Part shown: piece after piece, positions 29,001 to 36,849 of the stretch
How positions within the stretch are numbered: the stretch's first letter is position 1
How the letters are laid out: each line of letters begins with the position of its first letter
Assembly (NCBI GenBank): GCA_031272005.1
Contig: JAISUQ010000179.1
Span: 1-39,342, forward strand
Direction: 5' to 3'
DNA length: 39,342 nt
From: Coriobacteriales bacterium
GTDB taxonomy: Bacteria; Actinomycetota; Coriobacteriia; Coriobacteriales; UBA8131
Position numbers and translations under genes: made by a program
The notes under the pieces: generated by a model
What the model was told of the DNA's origin: nothing
Databases searched by the model: none
What the model saw: only the letters and a program-made list of their open reading frames with translations

Positions 29001-29204
29001 CGCTATCTGCCCGCCGCCTTCTGCAACACCCGCAGCATCGCCACCGCGCCGATGCTGGGCGTCTACCGCCAGATCATCTGCCAGGCCGACGCCCTGACCT
29101 CCGAGCTGCACGACCAATTCCTCATCGAGGTGGCTACCGACTCCGAAGAGGTCATCGGCAACGCGCTGGAGATTATCCGCAAAGCCCACAATATCGACCT
29201 CTGA
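26016..29204 (+). CDS. Multidomain protein: coiled coil, Q/P/H/S/G linker, RgpF (rhamnan synthesis F) domain, HAD-like domain
   Basis: RgpF motifs VHLHLYYEDL, NSGRDFAP, LHIHSKKS, AGSAFWFR, TLHHAIER. HAD motifs FDIFDTL, LSDMY, HVGDNEASD. Start at ATG 26016 or 26025. Confidence 0.85.
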   Translation: MVDMDKEQLAELLAEQLAAAQQELAAAQQLLAQTEQELAAVRAESARLEQDNSSLLRWLDTVRTELPAAQLAQEYEQRWLDVVQSRKWKLISKAQPGLDRLADLRHRLARQRPQQPQSLNSPQQQHSGSSQQPQHSGNPQQPQHSGSTLHSGSTLRPGSRRQPNQAAQALSIGAGAKACQRLRFSLLSLPAQPALAGKRIAVHLHLYYEDLAREFAGYLRHIPCDFDLFISVRDAAVIPEVRRVFSKLKHAQALTIEAVPNSGRDFAPMLVTFGERLSACDYVLHIHSKKSLRMEDADAAEDWRKYLLNSVLGSRWLVERIFFLLENYPGMGLIIPETYHLPHWAHTALGTYQHLRQLFARQGLDFEDRYLDFSAGSAFWFRPAAFRGLFGLGLSYADFGPETGLDEGTLHHAIERCFGELAHLAGYNYAVLDVPRMLVKLNFADKGLPRYFDQTKTTLLNRLLQAELVTFDIFDTLITRPLWQPHDLYSLLEPQMLAEFGIADFRAQRLAAEQEAGRRAECWHDVSIDDIYAVLAEACNLSAAQAAAARQLECDTEIAIALPRLEMLDVYKLLVAKGRRIILLSDMYLPSSVLQQMLEKCGYAGWEELWVSCERGCRKDVGDMWEQFFGQYGQYQTVHVGDNEASDIQRLAQRSRPSEHVMQGRKMFLLTELAERMRAELGALPPANSVLMGLFVNRLYNSPFAFNQTRGRCNISNLHDFGYLVFAPLLLYFCLWLEEHLADDRPEALLFVARDGYNIQKLYSEYQRIFGRQPGPAQHYFYTSRVVADLATVSSPEDLARFGEKAFTGQLAQLFKARLNLELPADEDQPIALPRDARLVEAALQRHSNRILAAARQMRQDYLGYLAQTVPDYRQQRLAIVDIGYAGSAHAALAELTARKITGYYFALCKPKPPDLGCVCRAAFGSTEEHEDVPLLAQAGILLESYLSSPEGRVIGYQQCDGRYLPLLDANTLGGFEQFSAELTAGIIEYMEDVRRYLPAAFCNTRSIATAPMLGVYRQIICQADALTSELHDQFLIEVATDSEEVIGNALEIIRKAHNIDL
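26355..26492 (+). repeat. In-frame 27/24/18-bp minisatellite encoding QQPQHSG and LHSGST repeats
   Basis: CAGCAACCCCAGCAYTCCGGC units at 26406 and 26433, a shorter variant at 26382, and 18-bp units at 26460 and 26478. Confidence 0.85.
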
Positions 29205-29208
29205 TGGG

Positions 29209-29214
29209 TATACT
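29209..29214 (+). promoter_or_regulatory. -10 hexamer TATACT 6 nt before the wzm ATG (leaderless-type promoter)
   Basis: TATACT-tatcgc-ATG. No SD in the 16-nt gap after the upstream stop codon. Confidence 0.45.
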
Positions 29215-29220
29215 TATCGC

Positions 29221-30087
29221 ATGGAACTCAGCGTAGATAACATATTGGCCCTGTTCAGCGTCGTGGTGCTGGCGCTGGCGCTGGTGCTGGTGCTGGTGCG
29301 GCTGCCACAGCTGCGGGCGGCCTGGCCGGAGTTTATGCAGTATCGCCACCTGCTCGGCGAGCTGGTCAAACGCGATGTCACGGTCAAATACCGGCGCAGC
29401 GTGCTCGGCGTGCTCTGGAGCGTCTTGCAGCCGCTGTTCATCATGCTGATTGTGACCTTCGTCTTCTCGTATGTCTTCCGCATCGACGTCGTGGATTATC
29501 CGGTCTTCTACATCACCGGCAACTTCGTCTTCGGCTATGTGAGCGAGGCCACCAATCTGTCGCTCGGCGCTATCTTGGGCAGCGGCAACCTGATCAGGAA
29601 GGTCTTTATCCCCAAGTACCTGTTTGTGCTGGAGAAGTGCCTGTTTGCCCTGGTCAACACCCTGTTCTCGCTGATAGCCGTGGCTATCGTCTTAGTGGTG
29701 CAGCAGGCGGCGCTGTATCCGACATTCCCGCTGCTGGTGGTGCCGCTGCTGTATGCGGCCGTCTTTGCCCTGGGCCTGGGGCTTTTGCTCAGCGCGCTGG
29801 TGGTGTTCTTCAGGGACGTGGCGCATATCTATGGCATCTGGCTGACGGCCTGGTTTTATCTCACCCCGGTGCTTTATCCCTTGAGCATCCTGCCGCCGCT
29901 GGCGCAGTCGCTGATCCGCCTCAACCCGCTGGTACATTATGTGGAGTATGCCCGCGACGTGATGATGTATGGCCTGGTGCCCGGGTGGCAGGCCAATCTG
30001 ATCTGCTTGGGGATGGCGGTGGCCATGTTGTTGCTCGGTATCCTGGTGTTTTGCAAGACCCAGGATAAATTCGTCCTCTACCTGTAG
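29221..30087 (+). CDS. ABC-2 polysaccharide exporter permease (Wzm/RgpC-like)
   Basis: LVKRDVTVKYRRSVLGVLWSVLQPL, LIRKVFIP, FFRDVAH, FYLTPVLYP, LNPL. Confidence 0.92.
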   Translation: MELSVDNILALFSVVVLALALVLVLVRLPQLRAAWPEFMQYRHLLGELVKRDVTVKYRRSVLGVLWSVLQPLFIMLIVTFVFSYVFRIDVVDYPVFYITGNFVFGYVSEATNLSLGAILGSGNLIRKVFIPKYLFVLEKCLFALVNTLFSLIAVAIVLVVQQAALYPTFPLLVVPLLYAAVFALGLGLLLSALVVFFRDVAHIYGIWLTAWFYLTPVLYPLSILPPLAQSLIRLNPLVHYVEYARDVMMYGLVPGWQANLICLGMAVAMLLLGILVFCKTQDKFVLYL

Positions 30088-30102
30088 GTTTGTAGGTGCC
30101 CT

Positions 30103-30840
30103 GTGGAAACCGCCATCACAGTCCAGAACGTGACCATGCGCTTCAACATCGCCCGGGAGCGCGTGGACAGCCTCAAGGAATACCTGATCAAGTACGTCCA
30201 GCGCCAGCTGAGCTTTGAGAAGCTGACGGCGTTGGACGACGTCAGCTTCACGGTGGCCCGCGGTGAGGTGCTGGGTATCGTGGGGCTCAATGGCAGCGGC
30301 AAGAGCACACTGCTGAAGATCATCTCCGGCATCCTCAAGCCCACGGCCGGCACGGTGCTGAAGCGCGGAAAAGTGGCGCCGCTGATTGAGTTGGGCACCG
30401 GCTTTGACCAGGACCTCACGGCTCAGGAGAACATCTTTCTCAACGGGGCCGTGCTGGGTTATTCGCGCCAGCAGATGCAGGCCCGCTACCAGCAGATCCT
30501 GGATTTTGCTGAACTCTGGGAGTTTGCCGATGTGCCCATCAAGAACTACTCCTCGGGCATGGTGGCCCGCCTGGGCTTTGCCATCGCCACCGCCACCGAC
30601 CCGGAAATCCTGATTATCGACGAGATACTCGGAGTCGGCGACTTCCGCTTTCAGGAGAAGAGCGAGGGGCGCATCGCCGAGATGATGGCCAGCGGGGCGA
30701 CGGTGTTGATTGTCTCGCACTCCATCGAGCAGATCCGCAAGCTCTGCCAACGGGCCATCTGGCTGGATAAGGGCCAGCTGATGCTGGAAGGCCCGGCGGA
30801 TGCAGTCTGCGATGCCTACCAGAGCCAGGCCGGCCTCTGA
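30103..30840 (+). CDS. ABC polysaccharide exporter ATPase (Wzt-like, no C-terminal carbohydrate-binding domain)
   Basis: Walker A GLNGSGKS, signature YSSGM, Walker B IIDE, H-loop VSH. 245 aa; GTG start. Confidence 0.93.
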   Translation: METAITVQNVTMRFNIARERVDSLKEYLIKYVQRQLSFEKLTALDDVSFTVARGEVLGIVGLNGSGKSTLLKIISGILKPTAGTVLKRGKVAPLIELGTGFDQDLTAQENIFLNGAVLGYSRQQMQARYQQILDFAELWEFADVPIKNYSSGMVARLGFAIATATDPEILIIDEILGVGDFRFQEKSEGRIAEMMASGATVLIVSHSIEQIRKLCQRAIWLDKGQLMLEGPADAVCDAYQSQAGL

Positions 30841-32982
30841 ATGGGCACCGTTCTGTTGAGAGAAGCCCGGACGCTGGCCTATGGTTGCTATCTTCTGGCC
30901 GTGCTGGCCGTGCTGGCTGCCCTGGGCTTTGGCCTGACCCATCACACCAACCGCGCCGATGTGTGCTTGCTGCTGGGGCTGGTGGCCGCGCTGGTCGGTT
31001 TTGGGCTGCTGCTGCGGGGACGGCTGTTGAACGGGCAGCTATCAGCCAGCTTACTATTATGCTATGCGCCATTTGCGCTGCTCTGGCTGCTGGCCCTGGC
31101 CTCGCCTTTGACCAGCTGGCACAACATCCTTTTTGGCGACTGGGGCCTGCTGATATGGCTTGGCCTGCTGGCCTTCGTGGGTCCCGCGCTGGTACTGGCA
31201 GTGCGGCTGGGCCGCCAGCTGCGCCTGGCGCCGGTGCTGGCCGGGTTGCGACAATACTGGGCGATAGCTGTATTGCTGGCCGCCTTTGTGCTGCTGTCGC
31301 TGGAGACGCTGACCATGTGGGTCAACGTGGACTCCCTGAGTTATCTCAATGCCACCCAAACGGCTCTGGCCTTCAACTTCAGCCTGGAGTTCCCCGATCT
31401 GCTGCGGCTCTGCGGCCACCACTCCTATGTGGCCATCCTCTGGTACATGATTGGCGGCTACCTGACCCCCAACAGCGCCGCTGGCCTGCGCCTGGTGAAC
31501 CTGGTGCTGGTGGCCTCCTCGGTGCTCTGCGTCTATCAGATGCTGCTGCATTTCTGCCGAGGGATAGAGAAAGCTGATACAGACAGATGGCTCAGCTTAC
31601 CGACTCGTTGCGCCCTGCTGACAGCCCTTTACGCCTTCAACCCGCTGGTACTGGGGCCGCTGTATCTGCTCAATCTGGATGTCCTGACCATGGTCTTTGC
31701 AGCCTGGACTGCCCTGGCCTTTCTGAAGCGTAATAACGTGTTGCTGACTGCCAGCAGCCTGGCCCTGGTTTTCAGCAAGGAAGTTGGCCTGGTGATGCTG
31801 CTGGGCCTGCTGCTGTTCAGCCTGGCAGCGAAGCTGCTGGCGAGGCGCAAGCCGGCTTCTGCACAGAGCTGGCGTGCGGAAATCATCATGGCGCTGGTAC
31901 TGGCTGCTGCCGCGGTCATCAACCTCTGCGCTCCCAGCTGGGCCGAGATAGCCACACCCGCCCCCGGCTTCAACATCTTCACCCTCAACGCGCTGAACAT
32001 CGTGGAGAAACTCAAGCAGCTCTACCTGCTGGACTTCTCCTGGTTGCTGACGCTGGTGATTCTGGCAGGCGGGGGAGCCTGGCTCTGGCAGCGACGCAAG
32101 CGAGCGAAGCGCGATGACCGCGACAGCGATAGCCTCTGTCAGGGCAAACTCGGCAGCGACGGCCTGGCCCTGCTGGGGATGTATCTGGCAGTGGTGGTCT
32201 TCAACCTGACATTTTTGACCTGGAGCCATCCGCGCTATATCCAGCCGCATCTGCCGCTGTTCTGCGTGGCGGCCAGCCTGGCCCTGGCCTGGTTGGGGAG
32301 CGCTCAATTCACTCCAAAAGCAGCAATCACCACAGGCGCGCTATTCATTGCGCCCATTCGAGCTACCCTTCCAGCCGCCGTCTTAGCCGTGTTGCTGCTG
32401 GCTCAGACCTTCATCACCTTCGACCCGGTGACCCTGGCGGCCTTTCGGCAGGTGAGCATCGGCCAGACCGAGCTGGTGACGACGGCGAAGTTCCTCTATC
32501 TCAATGAGCAGTTGGATACCGACCCCGACCAGGCCAGCCACCTGGAGCTGGTGGACGCTGTTGCCTACAACCGCCAGGCCGGATACCAGGGTGGCGCGCT
32601 GGAGGCCTTTCTGAAGGACATCGACTACAACAGCACAACGCTGGTACTCGTCGACCCGATATACGACTACGAAGGCAACACCAACCTGACCTACATCGCT
32701 TTGCTCGGTGGCCGCAACAGCGAACAGGACACCTACTACTACGATCCCCAGAGTGGCCAAATCAGCTACCTGCCCAACGGCGAGCCGTTTAACGTTGAAG
32801 TGGTCTATCCAAAAAGTGTTATAGAAATAAGCAATTATCCCCAGTACCAACGCATCTACTACCTCAGCGCCCCCTGGCGCAACAGCTTCCAACAATGGCA
32901 ACCTGTCGCCAACCTGCCCATCCTGGAAGCAGGCACCTCCACCTACCGTGGTTGGGAATTGGAGTATCGCCGCCTGAAATAA
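30841..32982 (+). CDS. Multi-pass membrane protein, probable GT-C fold glycosyltransferase
   Basis: More than 10 hydrophobic segments, acidic loop VNVDSLSY, FNPL...LDV, SKEVG, HPRY, and a soluble C-terminal domain. Sits in a polysaccharide locus. Confidence 0.65.
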   Translation: MGTVLLREARTLAYGCYLLAVLAVLAALGFGLTHHTNRADVCLLLGLVAALVGFGLLLRGRLLNGQLSASLLLCYAPFALLWLLALASPLTSWHNILFGDWGLLIWLGLLAFVGPALVLAVRLGRQLRLAPVLAGLRQYWAIAVLLAAFVLLSLETLTMWVNVDSLSYLNATQTALAFNFSLEFPDLLRLCGHHSYVAILWYMIGGYLTPNSAAGLRLVNLVLVASSVLCVYQMLLHFCRGIEKADTDRWLSLPTRCALLTALYAFNPLVLGPLYLLNLDVLTMVFAAWTALAFLKRNNVLLTASSLALVFSKEVGLVMLLGLLLFSLAAKLLARRKPASAQSWRAEIIMALVLAAAAVINLCAPSWAEIATPAPGFNIFTLNALNIVEKLKQLYLLDFSWLLTLVILAGGGAWLWQRRKRAKRDDRDSDSLCQGKLGSDGLALLGMYLAVVVFNLTFLTWSHPRYIQPHLPLFCVAASLALAWLGSAQFTPKAAITTGALFIAPIRATLPAAVLAVLLLAQTFITFDPVTLAAFRQVSIGQTELVTTAKFLYLNEQLDTDPDQASHLELVDAVAYNRQAGYQGGALEAFLKDIDYNSTTLVLVDPIYDYEGNTNLTYIALLGGRNSEQDTYYYDPQSGQISYLPNGEPFNVEVVYPKSVIEISNYPQYQRIYYLSAPWRNSFQQWQPVANLPILEAGTSTYRGWELEYRRLK

Positions 32983-33032
32983 TCCCGGTGATTGCCGCTC
33001 CCTGAACCGGGAGCCCACCGTGAGACTCACGA
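32983..33032. terminator. Hairpins between the convergent operons
   Basis: TCCCGGT...ACCGGGA and CGTGAG-a-CTCACG. No U tract. Confidence 0.3.
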
Positions 33033-33071
33033 ACAAAGACGGACATCGCCGGTTATCCGCCCGCCAGAACC

Positions 33072-34313
33072 TCAGCGCTTCTCTCGCAGACACCAGAAAA
33101 AGCACGCAAACACCAGCCCGGCCAGCAGAGCCATGCACCCCAGGTAGCACCAGGCGGCGCCGGTGACCCCCCAGTGCTCCACAGCCAGGGGTGCGGCCAC
33201 AAAGGCCACTGCCGACGTCACCGCATAGGCCGCAAGCAACAGCTTCTGGCGCCGGAGGATGGTGGCGCCCACGCCAAACAGGCTGGCCAGGGCAAAGAAG
33301 CCGCCGCCGCAGACCAGGATGCAGAGCTCGGGGATGTACAGCTCCAGGTCGGTGCCAAACAGCAGTGAGAGCACCGGCGCGCCGAGCAAAAACGCCGCCA
33401 GCGTGCAGCCCAGGGTAATCAGCGCCGTCCACAGGGTCTGACGGGCAAAGGCCCGGGCAAACTCCGGGCGCCGCCCCTCGCTCCACAGCCGCGACAGCGT
33501 GGCCACCAGCGGGTTGTAGAGCAGGCTGGCCAGCAGCGAGACGATGAACACCGGCATGGAGATAAAACCGTACACCGCCTGGGCAGTGTCGCCGGCCAGG
33601 GCATCGATGGCAAAGCGTGGCGCGAAGCCGATATAGAGCAGCAGAAAGGCTGCCAGGAACAGGGGAGTACACTCCCGCAGCAACCGCCAGACCTCAGGCC
33701 AGCTGAAGCCCAGATTGCCCGCCGGCAACCTGAAGCATCGCCAGGCCCAGGCCAACAGGCTGCCAGAAGTGACCACAGAGAGCAGCACAGCCCAAAGCGT
33801 GGCGGCAGCCAGACTCTGGCTTATCACCAGCGCTCCGCAGAAGGCCGCAATCATCACTGCACAGCGGATAAACATCAGCTTGCCAGCCACATCCAGGTGT
33901 TGATGCTGCTGGAAGTTGCCAAAGAACACATCCTCCACAGAGTCCACGGCCTTGAGCAGGCACATCAGCAGCATCACCATGGTCTTCTCGCCGGAGTAAG
34001 CCAGGGTCTGTGCCGAGATGGCGATGTAGACGGCAGCCGCAACCAGCATCAAGCCAGTCGTCACTACCCGGGAAGCCGCATAATCGCCAAAGCTGAAGCG
34101 ACATTCCGGCGGCACATCCGAGACCTGGAAGTTGCGCATCCCAAATTTGCCGATATTCAGCAGTTGATTGGCCAGCGTGAAAGCGATGGTAAAGACCCCG
34201 GCCACCACGATGTTACAGACATGGGTGATCACCACCAGCATTATCACCGACTGAAACGCCGAAAGCCCGCCGGAGGCAGCGTTCCAGAGATATGCTGAAC
34301 GTTGGCTGGTCAT
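33072..34313 (-). CDS. Wzx/MATE-like oligosaccharide flippase
   Basis: Many TM helices; AYLWNAASG, FGMRNFQVSD, PLFLAAFL, RFAID, YGFISMP. Start set at ATG 34313 (MTSQRS). Confidence 0.82.
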   Translation of the reverse strand: MTSQRSAYLWNAASGGLSAFQSVIMLVVITHVCNIVVAGVFTIAFTLANQLLNIGKFGMRNFQVSDVPPECRFSFGDYAASRVVTTGLMLVAAAVYIAISAQTLAYSGEKTMVMLLMCLLKAVDSVEDVFFGNFQQHQHLDVAGKLMFIRCAVMIAAFCGALVISQSLAAATLWAVLLSVVTSGSLLAWAWRCFRLPAGNLGFSWPEVWRLLRECTPLFLAAFLLLYIGFAPRFAIDALAGDTAQAVYGFISMPVFIVSLLASLLYNPLVATLSRLWSEGRRPEFARAFARQTLWTALITLGCTLAAFLLGAPVLSLLFGTDLELYIPELCILVCGGGFFALASLFGVGATILRRQKLLLAAYAVTSAVAFVAAPLAVEHWGVTGAAWCYLGCMALLAGLVFACFFWCLREKR

Positions 34314-34338
34314 AGGTATTCTGGCTGGGTTTGCATCG

Positions 34339-35631
34339 TTATCCAGCGGCTTCAGAATCGTCGCTGGCGCCGGCGAAGTCGCCCTTGATGGCGTCGACAA
34401 CCTCACAGCTGCGCAGCAGTTCAGCAACCGAGGCGGCATACCGAACCGGCAGATGATATGCCGCCCGGAAGGCGTCCATCGCCAGTGGATCAAAGACTAT
34501 GATATTATGATAGCCCTGCTCCAGCAGGCAGCCGATTATCGCCGCTGCCGGGCTGTCGCGCACATCATCGCTGCCTGGCTTGAAGGACAGGCCATACAGG
34601 CCGATAACGCTGTCTGGCGAGCTGCAACGCTGGATGATCGATAGCGCGCGTCGGGTGCGTGCCCTGTCGTTGACCGCCAACACCGCCTCAAGAATCTCCG
34701 GTGCAACGCCTGCGGAGCGTGCCGATGCTGCCAGGGCCTGGGTGTCTTTGGGTAAACAGTAGCCACCAAAGCCGGTCCCCGGCAACACATAGCTGGCCAT
34801 GCTGGCCGCTGCCAGCGACTCGCAACCACCACCGTCGCCTCCGCCGCCTGCCGGCAGTGCCCAGCGGCGGTCCAGATGCAGCGCCGCAAAGGCAGCATCC
34901 ACATCAATACCTCCCAAAGCCGCAGCAATCGCATCCATCTCGTTGGCGTAGCTGATCATCGTGGCCAACAGGGTGTTGGAGAGGTACTTGACGAACTCCG
35001 CAGTCGCCGGTTCCATGAACAGCATTGGCGCAGCAAACGGCTGATAAATCCGGGTCAGCGCTGCCCGGCTGACCTCGTCATGGCAGCCGATAACGATACG
35101 ATCCGGGTAGATGAAGTCCGGCCAGCAATGCCCCTCACGCAAAAACTCAGGGTTGCTGGCATAGCCCACATCGCGGCCCAGCTCCAGGCCATCTGCCGTG
35201 AGCAGCGGGATCAGCAGCTCATCAGCGCTGCGCGGCGGTACTGTGGATTTAACGACAATGGTCTTAAAGCCGCCACTGCCCGCCAAAGGCCGTATCTCGG
35301 CAAGTGCGGCGCTCAGCTCTGAGAGGTCGGCCCGGCTGTCTTCGCCGCAGGGGGTACCCACGCAGAGGAATACCACCGTAGCATCAGCAACGGCAGCGGC
35401 CAGGGAGTCCACAACCGTAAAGCCCGAACCCAGCTGCCTGACCAGCGCAGCATCCAGGCCAGGTTCCACAAACGGCAGCTGGCCGGCGCGAATCTGCGCC
35501 GATCGGGCGGCGTCGCAGTCGTAGCCCACAACCGCAAGGCCGGTCTTCTCCGCCAGGCCTACAGCTGTCGTCAGACCGACGAAGCCCAGGCCGATGACGG
35601 CGATTTTATCCGCATCAGGCAGGCAGGTCAT
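34339..35631 (-). CDS. ugd: UDP-glucose/GDP-mannose 6-dehydrogenase family
   Basis: VIGLGFVG, EPGL, CVGTP, KSTVPP, SNPEFLREG, AEFVKYLSN, catalytic GFGGYCLPKD, GLSFKPGSDDVRDSP. Confidence 0.9.
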   Translation of the reverse strand: MTCLPDADKIAVIGLGFVGLTTAVGLAEKTGLAVVGYDCDAARSAQIRAGQLPFVEPGLDAALVRQLGSGFTVVDSLAAAVADATVVFLCVGTPCGEDSRADLSELSAALAEIRPLAGSGGFKTIVVKSTVPPRSADELLIPLLTADGLELGRDVGYASNPEFLREGHCWPDFIYPDRIVIGCHDEVSRAALTRIYQPFAAPMLFMEPATAEFVKYLSNTLLATMISYANEMDAIAAALGGIDVDAAFAALHLDRRWALPAGGGGDGGGCESLAAASMASYVLPGTGFGGYCLPKDTQALAASARSAGVAPEILEAVLAVNDRARTRRALSIIQRCSSPDSVIGLYGLSFKPGSDDVRDSPAAAIIGCLLEQGYHNIIVFDPLAMDAFRAAYHLPVRYAASVAELLRSCEVVDAIKGDFAGASDDSEAAG

Positions 35632-36701
35632 GGTAACTCCTGCTCGCTGTGTAAAAACCGCAGGTAGCGGCGTATGCCATCGACAGGCCGAATCTGTGGT
35701 TCATAGCCCAGCAAGATGCGCGCCTTGGTGATAGACGGGCCGCGGCGCTTGGGGTTGTCGACCAGGTATTCAGGGTCGTCGGAGGGTTGGTATTCAATAG
35801 TCCCGTTATAACCATAGAGCTCCTGCGCGACTGCACAGTACAGCTCGGCCATCTCGCTGACCGTAAGCATCGGGAAGTCCATGCCGATGTTGTAATAGTC
35901 GTAGTTGCCGGCGGTGAGGATGCGCAGATAGCCGTCAAGCGCGTCGGCGACGTAACAATAGGTGCGGGTCGGGCGGCCATCGGAGTGGATGATGATATTC
36001 TGCCCACTGAGCACCGCTTTGGCAAAGTCCGCCGGCAGCCGCCGGTCGTCCAGGCTCATGCCCGGGCCGTAATTGTTGAACGGCCGAGCCACGCCGATGG
36101 GCATGCCATAGGTTTGCGCGTAGATGTAACAGAGCGTCTCGCCGATGCGCTTGCTCTCATCGTAGCAGGCCCGGGGGCCCGTGCAGCTGACTTCGCCGGG
36201 GAAGTCCTCGTCAGTGGGCACAAACAGCAAGCTGGGTTCGCCATAGATCTCGCTGCTGGAGAAGAACAGCAAGCCCTTGAGGCAGCTGCTGTCTCGGTAG
36301 AACTCCAGCAGTGTGCGCAGCCCCAGGACATTGGCCTCGAAGGTGGCTATGGGGTGTTGCCGGTAAAACGTTGGTGAGGCAATGGAAGCCATGTGGACCA
36401 CATAGTTGGCTGCTGCCAGGTCGGCCCCGGTGTATTCATCCCGAACGATGTCAAAAGCCCGCACATCCACCCGCGCATCGCTGGCCAGCGCCGCTACCCA
36501 ATCAGGCTTGCGCAGACAGAAGTTATCCAGCAGAATCAATCGGCGAATGTCCAGGGTCAGCAGATACTGGCAAAAGTAATACCCCAAAAAGCCGGCAAAG
36601 CCGGTGATTACAATGGTCTGCCCGGTAAAGGCATCGCCGTCCTGCTTGGAGCGCAGATAGCGCAGGTCCTCTGCCAGCACTGGATTTGTCACAGTCCTCA
36701 C
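35628..36701 (-). CDS. NAD-dependent epimerase/dehydratase, UDP-glucuronate decarboxylase (UXS)-like
   Basis: TGFAGFLG, HMASIASP, SSSEIYG, GPRACYDESKR (YxxxK), ARPFNNYGP, GRPTRTYCYVAD. Confidence 0.88.
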   Translation of the reverse strand: MRTVTNPVLAEDLRYLRSKQDGDAFTGQTIVITGFAGFLGYYFCQYLLTLDIRRLILLDNFCLRKPDWVAALASDARVDVRAFDIVRDEYTGADLAAANYVVHMASIASPTFYRQHPIATFEANVLGLRTLLEFYRDSSCLKGLLFFSSSEIYGEPSLLFVPTDEDFPGEVSCTGPRACYDESKRIGETLCYIYAQTYGMPIGVARPFNNYGPGMSLDDRRLPADFAKAVLSGQNIIIHSDGRPTRTYCYVADALDGYLRILTAGNYDYYNIGMDFPMLTVSEMAELYCAVAQELYGYNGTIEYQPSDDPEYLVDNPKRRGPSITKARILLGYEPQIRPVDGIRRYLRFLHSEQELP

Positions 36702-36849
36702 CTATCCCTTCAATACTTCCAACCCCTCAACCATCAAAACAAAAGCCCCGAACCCGCAAACCTCAAACCCAAACTGGGAAAGGGCGTTTCACATATCATT
36801 AGGTAAAGCTATGTTAATATGTTACTGAAGCGCATCTCCTGCTGCCTGC

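Noticed and set aside
26847-29189. 780-aa antisense ORF, and similar long shadow ORFs (2978..3823, 8625..9842, 23784..25160, 29692..30945, 32383..33672)
   Set aside because: These lie opposite or out of frame with well-supported genes. They are expected from high GC3 codon bias and show no motifs.
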